Under the pieces are notes generated by a model. The model was given only the letters and a program-made list of their open reading frames with translations. It was not told the DNA's origin and ran no database searches. Position numbers and translations under genes: made by a program. Shown piece after piece: positions 28,094-36,359 of a stretch of 64,000 nt of DNA (positions are counted from its first letter, which is position 1; each line of letters opens with the position of its first letter). Source of the stretch: Candidatus Reconcilbacillus cellulovorans (GTDB lineage: Bacteria > Bacillota > Bacilli > Paenibacillales > Reconciliibacillaceae); assembly GCA_002507565.1 (NCBI GenBank), contig MOXJ01000012.1, positions 1,035-65,034 on the forward strand. The letters are read 5' to 3'.

Positions 28094-28768
28094 TCATATC
28101 CAAAGGCTGACGTACCACGTTAAAAGCGCCTCGCCCCAGACGAACGCGGCCAACGCGCCCAAGGAGAGAAATGGGCCAAACGGCAAAAATATAGATCGAT
28201 CGCCGCCCGACGCGGCAATCCGGAACAGACCGTACAGACTGCCGGCCGCCGAGGCGAAAAACAAGCACAAGAACGCGAGCTTAAGTCCCAAAACGGAACC
28301 GAGCGCAAACATCATCTTCACGTCGCCGCCGCCGACGCCTTGCCGGCGTCCGAAACGCTCAAACGCCAGCCCGACCGCAAACAACGCCGCCGCTCCGGCC
28401 AACGCGCCGAGAGCGTAATGCCAAAACGGCTCGGGGCGAACGAACAGCCGCAACGCCGCAAACAGCGCCGCAAAAGGAAACACGACGACGTTCAAAATCA
28501 GCCGGCACCTTAGATCCGTCGCCGTACAAACAGCGCAAAAAACGAGAAGTGCCGCTCCGACGACGCGTTCTTCCGTCTCCGATACGGCTGTGAAAATCGC
28601 CCAAAACCAAAAGGCCGTCACCAAACCGACGGCCGTTGTCCAAACCGCTCCGCTTTTTTCTTCATTGCAGTCGTCGCGGAACCGCAAAAGCCGCCTTGCG
28701 ATTTCGTCCGCAGCCGCGCCGATCGCAAAGCCGCCCGCGACGAGGGCCGAACCGACGAAAACCTCCAT
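28094..28768 (-). CDS. pilD: Prepilin peptidase (A24 family), short form without the N-terminal methyltransferase/tetra-Cys region
   Basis: 224 aa, polytopic. The two catalytic Asp motifs are present (CTATDLRCRLI and GGGDVKMMFALG). The first cytoplasmic loop is only about 20 aa and contains a single Cys. Confidence 0.88.
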   Translation of the reverse strand: MEVFVGSALVAGGFAIGAAADEIARRLLRFRDDCNEEKSGAVWTTAVGLVTAFWFWAIFTAVSETEERVVGAALLVFCAVCTATDLRCRLILNVVVFPFAALFAALRLFVRPEPFWHYALGALAGAAALFAVGLAFERFGRRQGVGGGDVKMMFALGSVLGLKLAFLCLFFASAAGSLYGLFRIAASGGDRSIFLPFGPFLSLGALAAFVWGEALLTWYVSLWI

Positions 28769-28792
28769 CCCGCCTTCGCCCTCCGACGCCGC

Positions 28793-29869
28793 TCAGCTGT
28801 CGATCTTCCGTCCGAGCGACTCGCGGGACGAAGAGATCGAAAGCGATTGCGACAGCGCCAAACTTTTTTCCAGCCATGTGTTCAGCTGACGGAAGGTGTC
28901 GATGGGAAGCGAAATCGTTTGTTGGCTGTCGCCGATCGACATCTGAATGATCAGCTCGTTTTCACTTTCGGTGCAGATCGCCCGATAATGTACGGTATTG
29001 CCCTTCCACTCTTCCTGCCATTGGCACATATAACTGCTCGTAAATTGCTTCAACTTTTCATTCCTCCTAAACAGGTTGATAATTTTATTTTCCGTCGCTG
29101 GAATCTGCTCGGACGACTCGGTTTTCGACTCGGTTTGCGTGCTTAGGGTCGCTAGCGGCTCAGGCGCGGTTTCCGGTTCGGCCGCAACGGCCGGTTCCCC
29201 AAAGCCTTCTAGCTCGGGAAGAGCCGGCAATTCCAATTCCTCCTGCTCGCGCCGTTCTATCGTTTCGTCCAACTCGACATCGCTTTCGGCAACTGCCGTC
29301 AACGATTCGTCCAACACTCCGGCATACGCCGCGGGATTCCGTTCGTCGCCTACGCCGCCGGGATCGTCGTTCGTCCCGTCCGCGCCGGCAACACCAACAC
29401 TGGCTTCCGCCGAGGACGAATCAGCGGCTGCGGCCGACGCCGGCCGCGGCAGTTCGATCACGTTGTCGAACTTTTTCATTTCCGCCTGCCGGCGTTTTTC
29501 CAGGGCAGGGATTGCAGTCGTGCGAATTACCTCGTTGACGCGGTCGGGCTTGAAAGGTTTCATCAAATAACCGTTGGCGCCCGCTTTCATGGCGTCGGAA
29601 ATTTGCTCTTGCTGGCTCATCGCCGAACAAACGAGCACGACGGCATGCGGGTCGATCATGCGGATTTCGCGGATCGCCTCGATGCCGTCCATTTCGGGCA
29701 TGGTGATGTCCATAATGATGACGTCGGGTTTCAGTTCCCGGAACAGAGTGACGGCCTGCCTCCCGTTGTCCGCCTCGCCGACGACCTCGTGCCCGGCCTG
29801 GACCAGGATGTCCGTCAACATCTTGCGCATAAACTTGGTGTCGTCGACGACCAACATCCGATACGGCAT
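28793..29869 (-). CDS. CheY-like receiver fused to an acidic linker and an unrecognised C-terminal domain of about 110 aa
   Basis: The ORF track extends this gene to 30034. ATG at 29869 lies 9 nt after AAAGGGG. ATG at 29878 forms an ATGA overlap with the upstream stop codon and is an alternative start. The receiver MPYRMLVVDDTKFMRKMLTDIL...IIMDITMPEMDGIEAIREI...CSAMSQQ...YLMKPF closely resembles B. subtilis CheY. I recognise no motif in the remaining 240 aa. Confidence 0.85.
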   Translation of the reverse strand: MPYRMLVVDDTKFMRKMLTDILVQAGHEVVGEADNGRQAVTLFRELKPDVIIMDITMPEMDGIEAIREIRMIDPHAVVLVCSAMSQQEQISDAMKAGANGYLMKPFKPDRVNEVIRTTAIPALEKRRQAEMKKFDNVIELPRPASAAAADSSSAEASVGVAGADGTNDDPGGVGDERNPAAYAGVLDESLTAVAESDVELDETIERREQEELELPALPELEGFGEPAVAAEPETAPEPLATLSTQTESKTESSEQIPATENKIINLFRRNEKLKQFTSSYMCQWQEEWKGNTVHYRAICTESENELIIQMSIGDSQQTISLPIDTFRQLNTWLEKSLALSQSLSISSSRESLGRKIDS

Positions 29870-29874
29870 CGTCG

Positions 29875-31683
29875 TCATCCCCTTTCTACTTTGGCGACAA
29901 AAATGTTCAGACCTTCCGTTATCGGGATTCCCGTCGGCGGCTGCTCGTACAGCAGGGCGTCGTGATAAATTTGCAGGCGCGACGTTTCGAACGGCAACAC
30001 CTCCTGATCCGGCTGGATGTTGGGTCCCGGCCACGAAGGTCCGGCATATTCGATCGGAGGTTCTCCTCCCATACTCGGCGGCTCGCCGCGCACCGCGTGC
30101 AGTTCGACGGCCGTACCGCCGGGGTTTTCGCCGTGAATCCCTCCGGAAATAAACAGTTTCGACACGACGCCGTACATCTTCACCTGGCGCTTGGAGAATA
30201 GAAAAGCACGGATCTCCGCGTCCGCGTTCCGTTCGTTGGTGTTGTCGCCGAGCACGACGTTACTGGAGGCGACCAACACAAGTGGAATCGGCGTTCCACC
30301 GCTCAGGCCGTTGATCGAGCGCATTCGCTTCAAATCGACATCCCCGTCGACGTAAACCGTGCCGCGCAACCGGATATCGCCGAAAATCGTCAAGTTGCCT
30401 TTAATATACATGCTTCCGTCCGAAAGTTCAAAACCGTCGTTGAAAAACACGTCGCCCTCAATGTATGCGAACTTGTCGGGCGGAAGCACGATCTTTCCCG
30501 AAAGGTCGGCGGCGATTTGCTGGGGCGCGGTCAATTGGACGAAAAGCGATCCGTTCTGCAGTCGAAGCTCCGGCACCCGAGCTCCACCCGTTCGCTGTAA
30601 CCGCAGCGAACCTTCTTTGATAAGAAGATCGGCGCTCGAAGAAGAACTCGTCCCAACCGTCAGCACGCTGCCGTCGATCACAAGTGATGTATTGGAAAAA
30701 CGGACGCTGCCGGAAAGCCAGTCGGTATCGGATGAGACCACATGTTCGAATTCGCCCTCGGGCCAATCCAGATCAAAAGATTGTCCTTCCCGCATCGCAA
30801 AAACGGATGACTTGCGCGCGACATAATCTGCCGGACGCAATTCGGGGTCGTCGGATTCGAGCGATAAATCTTCAAACGGAAACATTTGCGACGAAAAATA
30901 GCCAACGTCGAAATCACGGGACGAATGCGTCGTGCGCGAATACGGACCCGACGTCTCCGACTTAAAAAAGCGATCGCCTCCGGGCGTCCGGCCGTCGACG
31001 CGGATAAACCCCCGCAACGCCGGAAAATCCGATATAAAGCCGTATAACGAACCCGGCGCGCTGATGACCTGCGCCTCGTTGGCAACGCGCAGGTCGCCGT
31101 CGCGTACGAGCACGTCGCCGACGATATACGGCGAGCCGTTCAGCGACAAGTCGCCGCGCGCGCTGACGGGATACCGGAAAACGGGGTGAACCGTTCCGAC
31201 GTAGACCGTCATCGTCTTGGCCACGGATACCGACGGTCGTCGATCGAACGATCCGATCGACCGAACGACGATCTTGCGGACGTAGGGAACGTCGGGATCG
31301 GTCTCCGGACGGCCCGCCGGACTCGACGTTTCGCGGTTTTCCAGCACTTCGAGACGATACTTTCCACTCTGGACGGCGTATTCTTTCCCGTCCCAGGCGT
31401 CGACGGCGTCCAATCTTGAACTTGCCAGCGCGACCGCGTCGCGGTAAACCAGACCGGCGTTGTTGATGTCGTCCGCGACTTTGCGGATTTGGGCCAAGAC
31501 GCGGTCGAGCCCGCTTTGAGCAAGCATTTCCGCCCGAACCGCCGCCTCCGTCGACGCCGTCCGGACGGCGCTTTCTCGAACGACGCCAAGCAAAACAAGT
31601 CCGACGATGCTGATGACCGCCAGGGCAAACAGCGCCACGGCCAACGCCGCACCCGACTCCGAAACTGTCGAACGCCGCGGCAC
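29875..31683 (-). CDS. Large PilX_N/GspK-like minor pilin (602 aa) with a predicted beta-helix-like body
   Basis: GTG start behind a GGGGGGAA SD. The N-terminus SESGAALAVALFALAVISIVGLVLLGVV resembles the PilX N-terminal/GspK hydrophobic segment (no Glu5). The C-terminal part has repetitive GD-x-hydrophobic segments (IEGDVFFNDG, IKGNLTIFGDIRLRGTVYVDGDVDL). Confidence 0.65.
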   Translation of the reverse strand: MPRRSTVSESGAALAVALFALAVISIVGLVLLGVVRESAVRTASTEAAVRAEMLAQSGLDRVLAQIRKVADDINNAGLVYRDAVALASSRLDAVDAWDGKEYAVQSGKYRLEVLENRETSSPAGRPETDPDVPYVRKIVVRSIGSFDRRPSVSVAKTMTVYVGTVHPVFRYPVSARGDLSLNGSPYIVGDVLVRDGDLRVANEAQVISAPGSLYGFISDFPALRGFIRVDGRTPGGDRFFKSETSGPYSRTTHSSRDFDVGYFSSQMFPFEDLSLESDDPELRPADYVARKSSVFAMREGQSFDLDWPEGEFEHVVSSDTDWLSGSVRFSNTSLVIDGSVLTVGTSSSSSADLLIKEGSLRLQRTGGARVPELRLQNGSLFVQLTAPQQIAADLSGKIVLPPDKFAYIEGDVFFNDGFELSDGSMYIKGNLTIFGDIRLRGTVYVDGDVDLKRMRSINGLSGGTPIPLVLVASSNVVLGDNTNERNADAEIRAFLFSKRQVKMYGVVSKLFISGGIHGENPGGTAVELHAVRGEPPSMGGEPPIEYAGPSWPGPNIQPDQEVLPFETSRLQIYHDALLYEQPPTGIPITEGLNIFVAKVERG

Positions 31684-31686
31684 GGT

Positions 31687-32202
31687 TCATTCCCCCCGTC
31701 CTACCGGTATGCGCGAACGGATGTTCAGCACGGGCGACGTCGCGCCGACCGGCCGATACTCCAGATCGATCACCACATGATGATGACCTTCGGCGATCAG
31801 TTTCCCCGAGGAAATTTCAAAAGCAGGTGCAAGCGCGAACACTTTCGGCGGACCGGACGGCATAATCGGATCGACGCGGATTTGCCCGCCGTCGAATCGC
31901 ATTTCATACCAGGCGATATACTGTTTCGGATCCGCAGACGGCTTGACGAACCGAATCGACCGCTGCGTCGTATCGGCCTGTTCGACGTAAATCGCGTCGC
32001 CCAGCTCGGTCACGATGCGGCTGAAAAGCAGGTCGCCCTGGTTGCGCATGGTCGTTTCGATCGTAACGCGCTTGTAGATGGACATCGCCATTAAGACGAA
32101 CGAGTAGATGATCGTCGTCACCATCGTCATGATCATGAGCGCGACCAACGTTTCAAGCAACGTCAGGCCCCGTTCGTCTTTCCGCCGACCGATTCGCCGC
32201 AT
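31687..32202 (-). CDS. Minor pilin with prepilin-type N-terminal cleavage/methylation motif (GspJ/PilW-like)
   Basis: 171 aa. The N-terminus is MRRIGRRKDERG|LTLLETLVALMIMTMV, with Gly at -1, Glu at +5 and a hydrophobic helix. Confidence 0.82.
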   Translation of the reverse strand: MRRIGRRKDERGLTLLETLVALMIMTMVTTIIYSFVLMAMSIYKRVTIETTMRNQGDLLFSRIVTELGDAIYVEQADTTQRSIRFVKPSADPKQYIAWYEMRFDGGQIRVDPIMPSGPPKVFALAPAFEISSGKLIAEGHHHVVIDLEYRPVGATSPVLNIRSRIPVGRGE

Positions 32203-32209
32203 GTTCCGC

Positions 32210-32677
32210 TCATCCTTTCGCGATCATCGCGTCGACATAGGTGGACAGGCGCGGCACGGCGGCGGGAGAAACGGCGCCGGCCTCCGCCCAGAAGACGCGG
32301 ACGGTCATCGCGATCAGCCGTTCGTCCGCGTCCGGCCGCAACACGACCTGATAGCGGTAAGTCGTGCCGTTGATCACCGTATCGTTCAAAAGTCCGGCCA
32401 ACGGGCCGGCAGAAGCGGCGGTGAACGTGGCGGTGCCGGCCGACGCGACATAGGCGCGAAGCGGGTCGTACTCAGCCGGTTTTTTGAACGCCTCGCGGAG
32501 TTCCGCCGCCTTGTACCTCGCCAGATGAACCGCGATCGTCCGACGGTTCTGTTCTGCCGATCGTTCCATTGCCGACAAGATGTAAGCGGCCATCGTCACC
32601 GTCACCACGCTCATGATGATAACGGCGATCAGGATTTCGACCAGGGTCAAGCCGGATTCGCCGCGAAGCCGGCGCAT
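32210..32677 (-). CDS. Minor pilin with prepilin-type N-terminal cleavage/methylation motif (GspI/PilV-like)
   Basis: 155 aa behind a strong GAAAGGAGGGAGA SD. The N-terminus is MRRLRGESG|LTLVEILIAVIIMSVV. Confidence 0.82.
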   Translation of the reverse strand: MRRLRGESGLTLVEILIAVIIMSVVTVTMAAYILSAMERSAEQNRRTIAVHLARYKAAELREAFKKPAEYDPLRAYVASAGTATFTAASAGPLAGLLNDTVINGTTYRYQVVLRPDADERLIAMTVRVFWAEAGAVSPAAVPRLSTYVDAMIAKG

Positions 32678-32717
32678 CGTTTCTCCCTCCTTTCGCGACG
32701 GAAACCGTCATAACGCT

Positions 32718-35096
32718 TCAGTACCGCTTCTGATTGTAATCAAGGTCAACGCGAAGCGGCGTCGGCAGCGTGATCGTGACTCCGTCGTCGTCGACGAGGC
32801 GCAGAAAGACGTAATAAGTTCCCCTCGTCTGTCCGGGAGCTGTCGTCACGCGGAATTTCAGCGCGTTCAGCTTATGCCAGTCGCCCGGTTGCAGCCGTGC
32901 CGCATCGGACTGTGTCGAAACGGCGTAATACATTTCCACGACCCGGAATCCCGGCTGATTGAAACGCGGCGTCACCGGATGCGATGTTCGGACTTCGACG
33001 AGCACCGGCTTATCGCTCGGCGAACCGGGCGAGCTCGGATCGAGCGCGACCAGCGAGCCTTGCGGGCCGGGATTGACGACGAACAACCCGGGACCGGCCT
33101 GCGCACTGCCGCCGGTCGACGTCGCCTCGACGCGGATCCGGTGCCATCCCCACCGAGCGGAAGCATCCGGATATACGTCGCTCAGGCGGAACGACGCCGT
33201 ATAGACGTTGCCGTTTTGTTGAATACCTGAAGCGTCGACGACGAGCGACGGCGACGAAGCGTCGTCCAACCAGACGCGTATGCGCGTGACGGGGCTGCTG
33301 TCTTCCGTGGCGACGACCGTGATCCGGCCGTCGTCCGCCGGCTTCGGAATATCGAACTGGAATGCGACCTGCGGCGGCGTGCTGTCAAGCAACACCGTCT
33401 GCCGGTAGGCGTTGCCGCCGATCGGGAACCCCGCGATCGCATTCGTGACGGCGCGTGCCTCAACCGTGACGGAACCGTCGGGCAACGCGACGGGTCGGCC
33501 GGGCATCCAGTTCGTCCAAACGCCACCGTTTATCCGGTACTGATAACCGGCGATATAATTCGCGCGGAAATCTTCGTTCAAATATTGGGTTTCAGGCGGA
33601 AGACGGCCCGCCGAACCGGAAATCGCGGTCACCTTGCCGGGGCCGAGATGCCAACCGGACGAGAGAATCTGTCCGCCCGCACCGTCGGTGAGCTGAAGCG
33701 ACGGCGCCGTCGGCGTCAACGTCCAACGCTTCACGTCGCCGTTATGGTAGCGCACCGCGACGATCGTGTCGTCGGCGATCCCGTCGCCGGGATCGGCGTC
33801 TTCAAACCAGATGTCCCGCACTCCGCCGGTACCGCTGGCGGGAATACGCCACTGCGCGGCTCCGTCGCCGGCGCGGTAACGCGTCACCGTTCCGTCCGCT
33901 TCGCCGACGTACGTATTACCATAGCGGTCGACGGCACGGACATAGACTTGCACCGATGCACCCAGCTTGATGTTGACCTCGCGCACCTGGCCGCAATCGT
34001 CGAGGTAGCGCACGACAGCGTCGGTCAGAGTATAGTTGCCGGAACCTGGCGGCGGCGTGAGCGAGACGGTCACCGTTTTTTCGGAACCCGGCCCGAACGG
34101 ATAGACGAAACTGCCCAGCACGTCGATGACGACGACGCCGTTTTCCAACCGCACCGTCGACGGATTGTCTCCGGACAGAGAAAAACCGTTCGGCAACGGT
34201 TGGCGAACGACCGTCGACGTAATCGTACCGTTCGACTGGATTTCTTCCGTAATCGCTTCAAATACGCTTTCCAATTCGGAGGTATCGCCGGCCTGATACA
34301 TCTTGCCGCCCGTTTTTTGCGCGATCTGTTGCAGCAAGTTCAGGTCGACATCTTGCGAACCCGGTTGGGCAAGCGCGATCGTATAGACGACAATGTTGCG
34401 GTTTTTCATCGAATCGGCGTCGGCGAGTGCTTCTTGACGGGCTTTTGATTCGTCGTACTTAGCTTTCCCGTCCTTATTGTCCGTATAGTAGTTCGCATAG
34501 CCGTCCGTCAGTAAAATCGCCACGCGCATCCGGTTCTGCGGCGAATTTCTAAGCATTTCTTCTGCCAATGTCAAACCATGGTCGATATTCGTATATCCAT
34601 TTGCATAAAAATTGTTAATTTTGTTCCTTATATCACCGTAATTTGTAGTTAACTGACTTTCAACCGAGGCAGTCGTAGAAAACTTGATCAATCCTACCCG
34701 GTCGCCGGCGTTGGCCGCTTGAATTTTGTCCAGGAGCCGTTTGGAGGCCTTCTTCAGCGCTAGAAGACGGGTATCCTCGCCGGTTTGAGGCCTTTGGTTA
34801 TAAACCCCATAATTCATACTGCCCGACACGTCCAGCACCAACGCGATATCCGCCGGCTGGCGCGACGGCCGCGGCGGCGGCGGGCTGCCCGACGGCGTCA
34901 GCGTATACGTGATACGCACCGTTTCATCGGAAGCGACCGACGATTTTTCGACGACGGCCGTTCCGGTCAATTGAAAGTGCGGCGTGCACGACGGATCGGC
35001 CGCTGCCGCACCGGACGGGACGACGCCGATAAGCGTCATCGCCAGTACCAGCACAAACAAGGCGGGAAACGCCCGATAACGCCGTTTTGCCTTCAT
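32718..35096 (-). CDS. Secreted 792-aa von Willebrand factor A (vWA) domain protein, candidate pilus-associated adhesin
   Basis: It has a Sec signal peptide (MKAKRRYRAFPALFVLVLAMTLIGVVPSGAAAA) and a MIDAS motif (DIALVLDVSGSM at aa 83-94) within a vWA fold of about 190 aa. A long beta-rich C-terminal region follows. I saw no LPxTG and no prepilin motif. Confidence 0.8.
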   Translation of the reverse strand: MKAKRRYRAFPALFVLVLAMTLIGVVPSGAAAADPSCTPHFQLTGTAVVEKSSVASDETVRITYTLTPSGSPPPPRPSRQPADIALVLDVSGSMNYGVYNQRPQTGEDTRLLALKKASKRLLDKIQAANAGDRVGLIKFSTTASVESQLTTNYGDIRNKINNFYANGYTNIDHGLTLAEEMLRNSPQNRMRVAILLTDGYANYYTDNKDGKAKYDESKARQEALADADSMKNRNIVVYTIALAQPGSQDVDLNLLQQIAQKTGGKMYQAGDTSELESVFEAITEEIQSNGTITSTVVRQPLPNGFSLSGDNPSTVRLENGVVVIDVLGSFVYPFGPGSEKTVTVSLTPPPGSGNYTLTDAVVRYLDDCGQVREVNIKLGASVQVYVRAVDRYGNTYVGEADGTVTRYRAGDGAAQWRIPASGTGGVRDIWFEDADPGDGIADDTIVAVRYHNGDVKRWTLTPTAPSLQLTDGAGGQILSSGWHLGPGKVTAISGSAGRLPPETQYLNEDFRANYIAGYQYRINGGVWTNWMPGRPVALPDGSVTVEARAVTNAIAGFPIGGNAYRQTVLLDSTPPQVAFQFDIPKPADDGRITVVATEDSSPVTRIRVWLDDASSPSLVVDASGIQQNGNVYTASFRLSDVYPDASARWGWHRIRVEATSTGGSAQAGPGLFVVNPGPQGSLVALDPSSPGSPSDKPVLVEVRTSHPVTPRFNQPGFRVVEMYYAVSTQSDAARLQPGDWHKLNALKFRVTTAPGQTRGTYYVFLRLVDDDGVTITLPTPLRVDLDYNQKRY

Positions 35097-35131
35097 GAAC
35101 GTTCACCCCTTCTTTCCGCTAAGTTTTCGGT

Positions 35132-36358
35132 TTAAAGTTTCAGCATTCTGGAGATCACGGCAAACGCTTCGGCCCGCGTTAATAGACCGTCCGGGCGGAA
35201 CGTGCCGTCAGGATAACCGCCGATAATCCCTGCAGCGGTCACCCGTGCAAGGCTGTCGCGCAAGCCTTGCGGCAAACCGCCGGTATCGCGGAATGCCAAC
35301 GCGGCCGGTTGCGGCGAAACATTCGCGGATCGCATCGCGGCGTCCGTCCATTGCGCCATTTCGATGCGGCGCATGTATGCGTTCGGTTGGAACAGCGGCG
35401 AAGACGGCGTCGTCGACAAGATCCCTTTCCTCTGAAGCGCTTCGACGATGGAAGAAGCCCAATGATTTTCCAAATCGGTGTACGCTTTCGCCTTAGCTCC
35501 CGCCGCTGCCGAAAGACCGAGCGACCGGGCGAGCAGCGCGGCGAATTCGGCGCGCGTCAGGCGTCCGTCGGGACGGACGGTGCCGTCTTCATATCCTTCG
35601 ATAATCCCGCGTTCCATCAGATCGACGACGACCTCTTTCGCCCAATGGTCGACGATATCCGCGGGAAGACGGCTTAACGCCTTGCGCTTGGTAAGGGCGG
35701 CGGAAAACGCGGGAACTTTCTGCGGTATGTCGTCCTGCCGCCGGATTTCTTGCGGATTCGTATCGGTATCGACGTCGGAATTCCCGAAAACGTCGCCGTA
35801 CAAGCTGAACACCGTGCCTTCACGGACTTTCGGGACGTTTCGGCGCGCCGCCTCGGCATCGGTCGGAATGTCGGCCCATGGCATGACTCCCAGATAGGAG
35901 CGCGTTTTGAACGCTTCTTGGGATTCAGCCGCGAAAAACGAACGGACGGAACTGTCGATATCGGTCACGGCGTAAACGACTTTGCCGCTTGCATCGACCC
36001 ACAGTTCATCCCAGCCTGCTGCCAGATCGTTACCGCTGCGCGAGACGACGCCGGTCCAGACGCGCACATAGGCGGGCCGGTCTTTCGCAGGCGCTTCCAG
36101 CACGACGGCGTACGGATCGGCCGACACGACCGTTCCAGGCGCCCATCCGTCGGTATTGAACGTCGCAGTACGATAAATTTGCAGTCGCTCCTCCGACGGT
36201 TTTCCGCGAGCCTCGGCAAACGGTGAAAAGCTTGCTCCGAACGCTTCTTTCGGCATCGGCCACAGCGCCCACCAAGCCAATAAGGATAAAACGACCGCCC
36301 ACGCCACAACGGCGCAAACCGTCATCCGGTCCCTGCACAACACCGCGGATTTCGTCAT
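35132..36358 (-). CDS. Membrane-anchored protein with three C-terminal S-layer homology (SLH) repeats
   Basis: 408 aa. It has an N-terminal transmembrane segment (CAVVAWAVVLSLLAWWALW) and an unknown domain of about 190 aa. Three SLH-like repeats follow (DIVDHWAKEVVVDLMERGIIEGYEDGTVRPDGRLTRAEFA; YTDLENHWASSIVEALQRKGIL; GLRDSLARVTAAGIIGGYPDGTFRPDGLLTRAEA). The start codon lies 1 nt after the pilT stop. Confidence 0.78.
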   Translation of the reverse strand: MTKSAVLCRDRMTVCAVVAWAVVLSLLAWWALWPMPKEAFGASFSPFAEARGKPSEERLQIYRTATFNTDGWAPGTVVSADPYAVVLEAPAKDRPAYVRVWTGVVSRSGNDLAAGWDELWVDASGKVVYAVTDIDSSVRSFFAAESQEAFKTRSYLGVMPWADIPTDAEAARRNVPKVREGTVFSLYGDVFGNSDVDTDTNPQEIRRQDDIPQKVPAFSAALTKRKALSRLPADIVDHWAKEVVVDLMERGIIEGYEDGTVRPDGRLTRAEFAALLARSLGLSAAAGAKAKAYTDLENHWASSIVEALQRKGILSTTPSSPLFQPNAYMRRIEMAQWTDAAMRSANVSPQPAALAFRDTGGLPQGLRDSLARVTAAGIIGGYPDGTFRPDGLLTRAEAFAVISRMLKL

Positions 36359-36359
36359 G

